DNA of 64,000 bases, taken from NCBI GenBank assembly GCA_973851085.1, contig OZ316775.1, forward strand, positions 19,158,001 to 19,222,000. The letters are read 5' to 3'. Below are positions 27,119 through 39,230 of the stretch, piece after piece; within the stretch, counting starts at the first letter, position 1, and the number at the start of each line of letters is the position of its first letter. The position numbers and the translations under genes were made by a program. The stretch comes from Ptychomitrium polyphyllum (taxonomy: Eukaryota). Under the pieces are notes generated by a model, which worked only from the letters and a program-made list of their open reading frames with translations, was not told the DNA's origin and ran no database searches.

Positions 27119-28729
27119 CAGATTGAGAGATGAAAACGAAGATACAGGGAATTTCCGTGCAAGAGCTTACATCACACCTCATGTGTAGGGTAACGCCGAA
27201 GATAGTTCTGTCGTGGAAAGGGTCTGAAAGTGCGTTGCTATTAGGGTATTGAACCACGAAGGGAACATAAAATCAACAGGCGAATGCATGCTGGAGAGAA
27301 AATAAGGTACAGAGCCAGCAGACCTTTGTAACTTGCACTGGAAATGTACCTCGTTTGTTGATCTCCCTCGGGTCTCTTCAATTTCACTCAGCACAAGTCA
27401 TCGTCGGTGCAGAAGACGACCCAAGAGACTCCTTCACATAGCGAGCCAAATTGTGCAACGACATCGGAGAGATATCGACTCCATGAAGAACACAATGCCC
27501 TACAACAAATTTCAATAGGGCAATTCTTCCTTAACGGTTACTCGCTTTCGAACTTCCGGCAATGGAAACCACGAAATGACTCAATTGGCATTGCCATTTG
27601 AGAAAAGTGAGCTCAGATCCTGCAAAAATACCCTGTTATGAAGAACGATGGCTGAGCGAGCGCAACGAAATGGCGCAGCACTGTTCCAAGTGGCCCCTGT
27701 TGCCACTCACCATGCAGACGCACTGTGACTAATTATTCTTTTAGTAACTTCCATTAAAACTGCTCAACTGTCCTTACAGTTGATTCGAACATCCTGGAAG
27801 TAGAGAGCTTCATCTGGTGGTCGGTATTTGGTGAAGATCCAACCATTCATTTGCTCTATTCTACCCCTCCCCATGTTTCGGAGTCCACGATGTTCACTGA
27901 GGTTGAGGATACTTCTAGTGAGCTCCTCCAGCTAACATTTTGAGTAATGATCACGTATGACCAGGACAGCTGAAAGGAACAGAAGCCTTGCAAAACAGAT
28001 GTACGCTAGCGACTTGGAAACAGAGTCAATTCTCGAACCCCAAACGCATCAACACGAAGCTGCAAAATACGCAAACAGAATCCACTTGTAGGAGTCGCAG
28101 AATAAAAGCTGTGCATTTCTACGAACCCCGAAGGCAACGTAAACCTTGCAAGCAAGGCATAACAAGCTGAAAGAGAACGACGTTCCACTACTCCAACGAG
28201 AAGAGATGGAAAAACTCGTGGCACATGAATCAAGAAACGAAAACACACCTGAAAGACAAAGGAAACAACGCCTTCTCTAGCAGGGCCTTCTAAGCTCGAG
28301 AACTGCCGCAAAAGTTCCTTCATACTCTCCGATCGCCAGCTTCTCGTGCACAAACGACGACTGAAAGATCCTAGTGCTTGCCAGAACTGAGAGAACTCCA
28401 CGGTTTGCCAGCAATCACAGCAGGTTCCGAATACCTTGTCCCCGCAAGCCTTGCGGCATTCAACGCCAAAGCACAACGAGCATCGGCGCTGCAACCCTAA
28501 AGCACTCACAAGCCTCACAATCCCCTCGAGTGCTGACAAATCTAACAAAGATGGCATTCACCGTTCTTGCAAGCATCAAGTGCCACAATGATTCAAGTGC
28601 ACATTGACCATCCTCAAGCCCACTTGGCTGCTGTTCGGCAACAGCAACACCCTCCCCTGACTTTCACACTCTCTCTCTACTTAAAACCAGCTTCCTCTAT
28701 GAGGCAAGGAAAGGAAAGCTGCTAACAAT

Positions 28730-28843
28730 ATGGCTGTTGTTGGTTTAGTAAGTTGGGTATGCAATGGCTGTTGTTGGTTTAGTAAGTTGAGTATGCAATG
28801 GCTGTTGTTGGTTTAGTAAGTTGAGTATGCAATGGCTGTTGTT
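28730..28843. repeat. 34-bp tandem repeat x3.3 (atggctgttgttggtttagtaagttgrgtatgca)
   Basis: Read directly. It sits at the left edge of an AT-rich block. Confidence 0.95.
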
Positions 28844-28849
28844 ACCTTC

Positions 28850-30700
28850 TTTTTGAGAGACATTCCTCGAAGTTTGTAATAATGTAGATGATTTGTTGAT
28901 GCTTGCAAAATTTTGGATTATGGATAGAACAATTTGTGAATGGTATGATAAGTGGGGATAAAAGTTAGGAAAGGAAGCAATGGTGGATTTAGTAAGGTTG
29001 ACCATAGGTTAATGAGGAATTCTTAAGAAAATATGATGGGAAGTTTTTTATATTCCTTATCGTTTGATAATATGTTCTAATGGATTAAGAGGGGATTAAG
29101 TGACGGTTTGCCAATGTGATGAAGGATTCCTTCATTTGTATGAGTAGACATTTTTTGGTCTGTATGGTGGAACAAACTAGCATTTGTAGAAGGAATGAAG
29201 CTTGTTGAATAAAAGGAATTTTAAAATGATGAGTAATAGAGAAATTTGAAGAGAATGCAAAAAGAAGAAGGCAACATATTTCCAAATTTTAGAAATTGGT
29301 AGTCATTAAAATGCAATATAAGAAAAATGTTGATGGAAAATGGATGTGGCTATAAGGCGGATTTCACTTAACAAAACAAACTTACATTCACATACCATAA
29401 AAGCATCATTTGTATCCAAATGTATAACTTAAAATATGTCCATGTTTAAATATGTGTAAATAATGGGGGTTTAGAAATAAACAATACATAAATGATGTTC
29501 TTGGAAAAAAATTGTCCTATCACTAATTAAAAAATGAACATATTTGCTATCTTTGCCAAGATAATATGTTGGCAAAGACGGAATTTCAATAGTCAATAAT
29601 TAGTCTTATTTTTATTAAAGACCAAAAGAAAGCAAACTAAGAATAAAATTCAATTGCTAAAAAGATGTATTTTTTTGATAACATGGTCTTTTACTACTTT
29701 TGTGACAAGAATTTCTTTTTTAGAATTGATTTAATAAATTTCTTAATTTTGAGGAGCAAAATCTTAATCAATTATATTATGGGAAATTCAAAGTAAAATG
29801 TTTTGTTCATGTGCTTTATACAATGAGTGCAAAAGAAGGATTGCCGTGAAATATAAAATAAAAATATGAAAAAAATAAATTGCTTTTCTTCAACTTGTTC
29901 CTTCATCATAGCAATTCATCTTCACCAAAAGCAATCTCTTTGAAAATGCATAGTACCAACTATGCATAAGATTTTAAAGGAATTGGCAAAGAATGCACTT
30001 ACTTGCTTTTGAGTATTACAATGTTGTTTTGACTAAAATAACAAAGATTTGAATTGACTTCTTAATAGCCGATCAATTCACATTTATTCCACAATATTAT
30101 TATTCATGTATCTATATCTACAAAATTTTAAATTATTTGATATTACTGTAAGAGTTTTCTATTCTTTTTCTCTAAAAAATGAAATAATAATAATATATTT
30201 GACCCCATTCAACCATTAATAGACCAATATAGCTTGAAGTTTTAGTTGTTAGTTGATAGAAATGTAGACACTGAATTGAATTTGAAAATAAAAATAAAAA
30301 TAATTTTTTTTTGTACATTGAGGATTTTAATGTGATTTGAAATTTAACCACTACTATTTTAATTTAATTTTTTTTTTGCTTCTTTAATCATATTGTGATG
30401 ATACAATGCTTGACTTTGGCATATACTCATATTTGTGAAAGAATATATTAATTTTTATACTCAATTTCCACAAGTTCAAGTATAAACCGTGGATGCAAAC
30501 TTATCCATAATTTTACAAGTTATCCATAATTTTACAAGTTATCCATAATTTTACAAGTTATCCATAATTTTACAAGTTATCCATAATTAATTAAATTTTT
30601 ATTAATTTACAACACACCAAATATTACCATTATCATAAAATCCTAAAAACCTAATATTAATGTGAATTTTTACATCAACCTTCATACTACCTCGAATACA
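28850..30700. mobile_element. AT-rich decayed transposon-derived block (weak hAT C-terminal-like remnant on the minus strand ~29880-29990)
   Basis: AT-rich composition, bounded by tandem repeats. Faint CIVGTMHFQRDCF / KMN / RNKL fragments only. Confidence 0.3.
30501..30588. repeat. 19-bp tandem repeat x4.6 (ttatccataattttacaag)
   Basis: Four perfect copies plus a partial fifth, read directly. Confidence 0.95.
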
Positions 30701-31758
30701 GATCATTAAAACCACTACAAGAATATTACTAGCTCTGGCTTTTCAAAATCGTTATTATAAAAGTATGTTAATGTTATTTTATTCAAGTCAATCCCGAAAG
30801 CAAAAGATTTGGCCGGACCACAGTCCACCCAATTACCACTACAACTGTAAGTATGTTCAATCACAGTGTTCTACCAGTAATTCCACAGAATCCACAATTT
30901 CTTCGGAGTCCATAGTTACACAATCACTGTAAAAAGTTTTTATTTTTGTTACTCACAGTACTGTATACCAGTTTTTATAATCACCGTCACCGAATCCACG
31001 TGGCCATTAATTAGAAAAACTCAAAATGTGCAAACCGCTTCAGGAGTCTCCTCACTCAAGAGCCCATCCAAAGGGAAAAGCACCCTAAAAAGGGTCCTCC
31101 TCTAAGGTGAGTCCAGCTGGCAAGCAATCCTAACTCCACGACTCCGTCGACTCTCACCACAGACCCATTCTAAGAGATGCGTACCCAAAAACCGTTACTG
31201 TAACCGAAATTCGCAGAACATACCAGAATTCTGCATCTGTGTCTGAAAATCCACGGAAGTTATGAAGAATGGTGTAGTGACGGTTTTAAGTATGCATAAC
31301 CGAGTTGCCACTCTACGACAAACGTCTCTGAATTGACATTTCTATATACATGAGATAAGATATTAGTGAACTATGATAATTGTGGACTAAGTCCTACTGC
31401 TACTAGATCAGTGTACTTACCATTCCGTAGTAGTTTGAGAAGCAGTTGAATGCTTGTTCAGTGGCACTAGCTACAGTTACTAGATTGATCAGCTGGTGTG
31501 CGTATATGAATACCTTTAGATTTCAAGTGATTCGGAGGCGATGGGACCTGTCTGATCCCGGTTTGTACATTTGGCAAGAGCATGTGTTTTGAGGAGAATT
31601 GAACTAAAAAACAAATTTGCAAGGGTGTTGGCGAGAAGGAAGCAGTGACACGAGGTGGAGGAGACGTGACATTGTTGTTGAAAGCGCTGTGACATAGACT
31701 TCTTCTAGGATTTCGGTTGGGAAGTTTTGAAGTTGCCGACCCATTCCTGGTAGCAGCC

Positions 31759-33154
31759 ATGACGCAACAGATGGCGCGGCATTTCTTCCCAGTGACGACG
31801 GGTTTAGGGAGGGATTACGCGCCCGGGATTTATGAGTATTTGTTTCCAGGCTGGGTGGCTGACAGATGCCCAATGCCGTATGTGAATCTTCAGGTAAGAT
31901 CATCGTTTAAGGAGATTATGATCACAGCATGCACTCCTTTGCAGACAATTTTGAATTGAAATATAGAATCTAGAGTTTTGATGAAAGTTGAGGTGCAAGT
32001 TGAACGCACTTTATCCTCAATGTTATCGAGATTAGCAGTAATCTAACGGCTCACGAAAATTCGCGCTCTGTATTCCGAAGTTTGATGCGTGCGCTATTAA
32101 GAATGATTATTACAGCAATGAGTTTTATCAATCCATTTCAGATTGACGTGGTGTCGGCAGGTGTTTTCTAATTTCGAGTGTAGTTTGTGGAGTTCGTGAG
32201 GCTTTCGGGTTGAGTTTATAGCTCCGGAGAGCGAAAACGTACGCACGGACTGAGAGTTCACATTTCGATTTGTAGACGAGAGCGCTTGTGGCGGATCTGT
32301 AGTCTGATTTCAGTGCATTACCCAATCCTCTCTTTATTCAAGGATTTTCGAGAGTTCTCAATGCTTTATACTCTGACCATTGAAGATTGGTCGCTGTGTA
32401 GCTGAGCACAACGGTTTCTCTGTTTTTGCAGACTCCGAGGGGCGATTCGGTGACTGTGTTCTGGCCACTGACTGCTCTCGTCATTTTCTCTGGCATTGCA
32501 ACATTCTGGCTGCTAGGAACGCGACTCCTCATTCGCGCTCTGCGCGAGGGAGCGCAAGCTCGCCAAGGGCTGTTCATCTGGTCAGTTGCAGTTTTATCCT
32601 ACGGCTTCATGTGCTTTGGAGGATTCTTCTTCCACTGCTTCCACATCCGATCCATTTTCCACATGATGGACGTGGCTGCAACGGGATTGGCTTCCAAGTC
32701 CATCATCGCTGGCTTCGCAGCGTATAGCGGCATGGTCGATGACAGAACGATGGCACAGCGATTCACCTTGTTAGTCTGCGCTCTCGCCTTTATGGTTGTG
32801 GACTTGTACTCTCCCTCCTTTATTCAGGAACAGTTATACGCGATTCCTGCCTTCGTTGCCGTAAGTGTCGGGGGGCTTTTCTTGCTGAAATCCTGGGCTA
32901 CAACTCAGAAAGGCGCCGTACAGCAAGCGGCGCATGGAGAAGCGCAACATTGGCTCGCACTCGGAGGGCTTGGTGTTGTCGTTGGAGTAGCTGCACTCCC
33001 CTTAGATAAGTATCTGTGTCTCTACCTCGGCGCCGAATTCAGCTTTCTCTTCTGGTTCTTCTTGGGATGCAATTTTGGTGTTTTTGCCGTTCACCAGTTT
33101 GTCCTTGTGGTGGCCGATAAGAATGTACAATTTACAGATGTGAAACGGCAATGA
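31759..33154 (+). CDS. Uncharacterised multi-pass (~7 TM) membrane protein, 2 exons, ~285 aa
   Basis: Exon 31759-31893 (MTQQMARHFFP...PYVNLQ|gtaag) joins in phase 0 to exon 32432-33154 (tttttgcag|TPRGDSV...). About seven hydrophobic segments, with GGFFFHC...MMDVAATG in TM2-3. Confidence 0.8.
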
Positions 33155-34157
33155 CCTAAACCTCGCACGAATAACCAGTACTCGAGATCGATGTTGAAGT
33201 TGTCAATGTGATGGGAGTTGTAATATGTGCCAGCATCAAAGCTCCTTGTAAACCAAACTTTGTTCGCTACACCTTTTACTACAAACAGATCCGATACACT
33301 TACTCCATTATCTCAATTGGAAGAAACTGGAGGTGTTTGCTGTGATCTGCCCTGTTCAGCGTTGGCAGCCAGTCAGTATTTTACTTGATCCATTTAGGCA
33401 CGTACTTTCTGCCATGATTTTATGTTGATTTCATATCGATTTCATATTGATAGGGGGTATTTAACTATTAGAAATTAGTTTCCGGATCCTTGTCGCAGTG
33501 CTTAATGCCGTAGTCGTAGGTTCAGAGGAAGACCAAAGATTAATTGACCTGAGCCTTTGTGTAGTGGAAGATCCTGCTGGCTTAGAATGGTAGAGGATCA
33601 ACTTGGTTCAGTGTGCTGTAAGATGTAATTTATTGTCACTCTTGTGTGACACTCTTATACGTATCACAATTGACAAACCAACACAAAATGATTGTGAGTT
33701 TTTTCTAGAAACTATGTGCTAAAAGTGCATGCCGAAGCGCCATACTTGCTCATAGACGAGCGGTGATTGGAATTGGTCATTCCTGTGTACAACTTTCTGT
33801 TACTGCTTGTGCTTCCTGTAATGAATTTCTAAACTTTTATGTAGAATGAATTGTGTGCAACATTTGCAACAATTGCCAACACTTCCGCACACACTGCAGT
33901 GCATCTCTTCTCGTGCAAAATCATTTGCATAGACACTGTCTTCCCATTCTCGCTCACAAAACAGCAAAATCCACAAGAAGTCAACAGAAACTCTCCTCAT
34001 TCAGTTCTCGATCGATATCTACATTATACCCAGGTGAGACTCGCAAGACAACTGATGTTACCTATGTAGTACCCGGGCTCTCATTTCCTAAAATGAACAT
34101 CACTACATTGCAAGCGTGCCGATACTTTTTCTGATCAATTCTCGACAAGCGCTGAAT

Positions 34158-35381
34158 CTATTCGATCGCGAGTGAATCCACCTTCTGGATGTCGACCTCG
34201 GTGATGTTGTGAGGACAAGGCATTCGCGCAGAGAGGTTGATGTCGTAAACAGGTCGCTGGTCGGGAAAGAAGAGGCCGAAGTTCGTTTCAATCGCATCGC
34301 CGCTCTTCTGATTCTCGTTGAAAAGAGCAAAAATATAAGTTGGAATCCGATCTCCAGGACGCATGGGAGTGCCGCTTCCCAGCACATGCTTGACGAGGTT
34401 ATTGTTGTAAGTTCTCGCATTCTGGACGCTGGCTCCGACGCCGCCACCGCCAGATGGCCAACCGGACTCTGTAATCATCAGCGGGATGTTTCCATACCCA
34501 AGGCGGTTCATCGCGGCGATGACGGAGTCCACCTGCGCGTCGAAGAGGTTGCGATATGTGCGTCCGGAGTCGGAAACCGAGGGCGCGTTAGGGTGGAAGA
34601 GCGCGTAGTCCAAGTTTATTTGGCCGGAGTTGTAGCGATAGGCGAAGAATGGGTAGACGTTGACCATGAACACGGAGTTTTTCTGGCGCAGAAACTCAAG
34701 GATGCCTTGCATTACTTTGATGTAGTTTTCCTTAAAGGCACCGGCCGATGGCGGAAAGGAAACGCCGATCACGCCGAATTCATGCGGTGTGGAAACTTTG
34801 ATGCTGCGTAACCCTGTGATCTCCAGAGCTCGTTGAATGTTTTGCATGGCGGGGAGGAGCTTGGAAGGATCGTTGCGGCCGTCGGTGAGATATTCGTTAC
34901 CAACGGCGATGGAGCCGATTTTGGTCGCGCCGACGAACGGACGGACGTTATCTTGGATCCACCCATTGGCCGCGTCTTGGTTGTCGGCGATGACGGCCAC
35001 CTCCTGGTTCGAAATCCCGACGGAAAGGTCGATGCCGGAGTTCGCGAACGCACGCAACACGTCGTGAGCTGCGTCGTAGATCTTGACATTCGTCACGGCG
35101 AGGCTATTTAGCAGGGCGACGACCTGTGAATGAGATGGCAAGTTGTTTCCAACGCGCCCGTAGCAGACGCCAATCTTGGTGGCACCGCCGCCACCATCAT
35201 AGTCATTGCACTGGCTCTTGCATCCCGCCCCGCAGTAATCAATTTCGCAGCCGCAGTAGCCCCACTGGCTACAACACCTGCCATCACCGCATATCCTGTT
35301 GTCGTCACAGTCTTGCGCTAATACCACCGTCGCGCCAACTGATACGAGGATCACCACGAGAACAACTTTTAACGTAGCCAT
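34158..35381 (-). CDS. Secreted GH17 endo-1,3-beta-glucanase with an N-terminal hevein/CBM18 chitin-binding domain; intronless, 407 aa
   Basis: Signal peptide MATLKVVLVVILVSVGATVVLA; hevein signature CCSQWGYCG...YCGAGCKSQC; Gly linker; GH17 motifs IGVCYG, IAVGNE (acid/base), FMVNVYPFF, NLFDAQVD, ITESGWPS (nucleophile), YIFALFNENQK and NFGLF. Confidence 0.96.
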   Translation of the reverse strand: MATLKVVLVVILVSVGATVVLAQDCDDNRICGDGRCCSQWGYCGCEIDYCGAGCKSQCNDYDGGGGATKIGVCYGRVGNNLPSHSQVVALLNSLAVTNVKIYDAAHDVLRAFANSGIDLSVGISNQEVAVIADNQDAANGWIQDNVRPFVGATKIGSIAVGNEYLTDGRNDPSKLLPAMQNIQRALEITGLRSIKVSTPHEFGVIGVSFPPSAGAFKENYIKVMQGILEFLRQKNSVFMVNVYPFFAYRYNSGQINLDYALFHPNAPSVSDSGRTYRNLFDAQVDSVIAAMNRLGYGNIPLMITESGWPSGGGGVGASVQNARTYNNNLVKHVLGSGTPMRPGDRIPTYIFALFNENQKSGDAIETNFGLFFPDQRPVYDINLSARMPCPHNITEVDIQKVDSLAIE

Positions 35382-36781
35382 GTTAAAACTCGATACAAAG
35401 TCGAAGGACACCAATCGACGATCGATTCTGTGAACTCGGACAATCTCATAAGTTAGATAATCGGATATATGTACAACTCAGTCTGAGAAATTGCCACGGC
35501 TTGCAGACGGAAGCTTATGCCAGCCGTTGTTACCATATTTTCAGCGTGCTGACTATGATTCAGCTTGAATCGTCCTGATCACGTTCTGCACGGTCTTGGT
35601 GTCACAAAGTCGCAGGCATCATAATCGTGCACCTTCTCGTACGAATTTTGATAGGAAACCTTTGTGTACAGGACAAATTAGTGACATAGGGCTCCACTAA
35701 TTCGGGGCTGACACCGAGTGCTATCCATTGCTTCTGGTCATGGTGGCGAGCATGGACTCTCTGAAAGATTTGTGAGTTTCTTGTGACGCTCTTGTTACCT
35801 ATTGTTACTCTAGCTTCAGTTACCTATTAAGAATTCTTTCTCGTGATTCAGCTCTAGTTACTAATTTCATGTTTCACAAAAATCACAACTCTCTTGCTCT
35901 AGTAGTGCACCAGTGACTACAGCCTTCAATAACCAAAATCATGAGCTTTGAAATTGAAGTGTAAAGTAGTCAACTTAGTTTATCATAGGTTCCAAATTTT
36001 TATTTATTTTCATCAAAGGTAAGATGCGAAGAAAGAATATGGAACGTAGACACTGATCTATTCCAATGCATGACGGAACTGTGTTGAGTGGACGAATTTT
36101 GTTTTGAGCACTAAAGTTTGGACAACAGTCCACTGCATCACCGCCTTGCCAGCCAAATCCATGCACTGCTTGGATACCGCCAAGCCAGTTTTCTGCATTA
36201 TGACCTGCAATCGTTTGATTTGGTTCCCGAGTGTGCATACTGTTCATAAAGTCATGCTGAAGTCATCTTGTATACTTTTCCAATCTATACCTCGTCACAA
36301 TTTACCTCGCAAAGTACTGCACACCAGATAGATTTTCACAACGTTCTTTGGAATATACTTCAAAGGTTCTCAAATCGTCAATTTCTTCTAGAACCTACTG
36401 TACAACTGTAGCAATGCCGTCAATCAGCGGTAATGTAAGGAAGTGGATGTAATGTTCACAACTTCGTTGTAAACATGCACTTATCAACCACAAGAGTCTC
36501 GTGGATGCAACACTCAGAATTCTTTCACCTAGGACCACAAGATGTCATGCCACCGAAAGAAAATTTAACGACTCGCAAGATAGAATCGATTTGAACTGTT
36601 CTCTGGGATTTATATCCAGCTCGAGAAACAGTTGTCAAATCCATAGCAATTGAGGAACCAACTTAGCTACTATTTGTTGCATGAAGGGAGCATCTTTCAC
36701 TCTAGTAGTATCGTAAAGCTATCTATAAAATTCTGACCATTTACAAGGCCACATCGTATACTATACAAGTAATTGAAACTC

Positions 36782-38085
36782 TTAGTGCTTAGGAACTAAC
36801 GCAGGTATCAGGAGAAACTTAGGATGATCTTTACGGGAACGTGTTGGAAGTTTATCAAATATCGAACGGGGGAAACCTGGAATAAACCGCTTTTGCAGAT
36901 GATACAATATAATAAATATTGCAGACAAGTCGTCACATGTCGCTGCGGTCATTGAAAAGTGCTAGGAAGCACGTGGAAGTGGACCTACAAGTCAAGTCCT
37001 CGTCAAGCCTCGTGATCAAAGTAGAATATGTATCAGTATCTGAGTACAGTAGCCTAGACCCTACAGTTCCTAGTTCTCTATCCTACTCTGCAATTAGCGT
37101 TGAGTTCTGAAAAGTAGCAGAGAAATTAGAGCAAATAGCGGATTGTAAACAGTGAGGTAGGTGATCAGACTTCAGTGCCAAACTCATTCAGAGTCCACAT
37201 ATTTTGCAAGTTCTCTATATGTAAGTATAAGTTACCCCATCTAGTTTTCCTCAATTGCCTTGTGCTCAAGTGCAGTCAAGGCTCCGCGATGTCGAAGGTG
37301 GTGTTCGAGAGGACTACTTCCATGGCACTATTTTCTCTTGCTGCCCTTGTCTCTCTGGCGATAAGTTCTGTCAATGTTACATCCTAAATTGATCTTCACA
37401 GCCGAATTCAGTTATGAAATCTCAATATGAATGCGACATTTGCGCTAAACATGTGTACCACAGTTGCTCCACCACTGCCTGTTATACATCTTGAAGAAAT
37501 ACTCTGCAAAGAAAGCTTTTAGTTTTGTCATTGGTTTCGTGCAACGACAGTGGCTTTCGGAATGCATCGTGATGCTTACTTGTGATTCGTCTTGACATGA
37601 TTGTCCTGTGAGAATGTTGAGCAAATTAATTGAGCTTATACAGTACAGATTGTTGGGAGAAATGTATACACATGCGTGGATTACATTGTATATTTGTTCC
37701 TGTGCAAATGTATTTTAATCGAAGTACTGCGATCAGAGCAGGTCGACCGACTAAGTGGATTTTTAGGCTATGAACTAGTTTCATGCGACTGATCCTGTGT
37801 GCGTTATGAGGGACTTCGTACAGATGCTAGGATTGACATCATCAATCAGTGCGGCCAGTCGATCAAAGCCTGCGCTACGTAATGCGGTGGTGGCCTCATC
37901 AACTGCTATGTGCTCAACGGCCGCGGCGGCAGGCAAGAGATTGAAGTCGGCGGCAATTGGCCTGCGGAGGTCGTCTGGGGCTTCCAGGCAACAGCGGCAA
38001 TTCTTCCATCGGCAACAATGCCAAACCGCAAGCCATTCTCGCCAAGTTCACCGTTGGCGCCAACGCCCAGGACTATTTCGTTCAT
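36782..38085 (-). pseudogene. Multi-exon relic of an unrecognised protein
   Basis: Protein-like segments bounded by AG/GT sites: MNEIVLGVGANGELGENGLRFGIVADGRIAAVAW (frameshift) EAPDDLRRPIAADF...LIDDVNPSI; DVTLTELIARETRAARENSAMEVVLSNTTFDIAEP*; NSTLIAE*DRELGTVGSRLLY...; FPRSIFDKLPTRSRKDHPKFLLIPALVPKH*. Confidence 0.4.
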
Positions 38086-39230
38086 CCTTCTCTAATTTTT
38101 CATGCGACTTCTCAGTGCAGAATGCGCACAATTTGACAATGAGGATCGCCCACGCAAACCGCAGGAGGAGGGCGACTATAGAGAAACCACTGCAGCACCA
38201 TCATCTGCGTCATCAATAACTTGCAATTGACCAAACCTACTGAGGTTGGGTAGCTTGCTGATTCTGCCAAAGACTGCCCGGAGCTCGCACTGTTAAGTGT
38301 GGAAAATCACCCTTTTTCAGATAAATTTCCAGCAGCCGGTCACTGTGTCACTCAGTTGTGACACAGTTGGTCACCGTGTCGGCTGGACAGCACTAATAAT
38401 AATACAAAACAATGGTTTACACCATTGAACATTCAATAATCAATTAGTTCAAACAAGAGAAACTTGAAGATGATACAAAAAAACTATATTAGTAAAAAAT
38501 TGTACAAAAAATGAGGCGATTTTTAATAAGTTTACTCTAAAAGAAAAATACATATTGCCTATAGGGCGATTCTTCATTAGATCCACTTTTCTAGGATCTG
38601 AACTAAGCCTGTTCTAACCCTAGCCCTAAAACTGTTGTCGATTACCAACCAACCAGTGCCTAGTTACCGAGCAGGGACTACTGCTGTCTATTACCAATTC
38701 ATCCCAGTTTAAGGGGAGTTACCAACCCGGCCTTTGAATCAGTAACTGACCCCTTCAAGCACCACTTTAGTTTCCATCTCCACGCTGTGAAAACCCTCCA
38801 AATTGATCAGCTGGTGCAAATCCGGCAGCAGCATAAATTCCGGATTTCTTTTTAGGTGAAGTTTTTAGGTCATACGACACTTAACAGATATAACCACCAC
38901 AACAAACTATAGTTTAGGTACTATTCAGATTCTTCAACATTCAACAAGACTTGAGGGACCACTAAGAAATTGTTGTTTAGGGACAACCTGACATGTTTTG
39001 GAATCTAATTGCGATATGATATATGCATTTCAAAATATCAGTTACTTAACTATAGACTTAGAAGTAGTTAGTGTTATAAATGAAATACAAGAATGAACTT
39101 AAATCTAGTTAGTAGGTTGAGAACACTGGGAAGCCTCTTCGATCTCCGGTAACAGTTTGTGTTTCAACAAATGGTAAGAATAGGCCAGTGAACCCATATC
39201 ATGATATATAACAAGATAAGAGAACCTGCT

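Noticed and set aside
30501..30588. TTATCCATA repeats resembling DnaA boxes or iterons
   Set aside because: They mismatch TTATCCACA, form a simple tandem duplication, and lie in plant nuclear context.
30713..31279. CACTACAAGAA...TGTAGTG as a CACTA element
   Set aside because: The inverted match is only 7 bp and the 3-bp flanks (aac versus acg) do not form a TSD.
34209..35377. Several overlapping ORFs on both strands
   Set aside because: They are shadow ORFs of the GC-rich GH17 gene.
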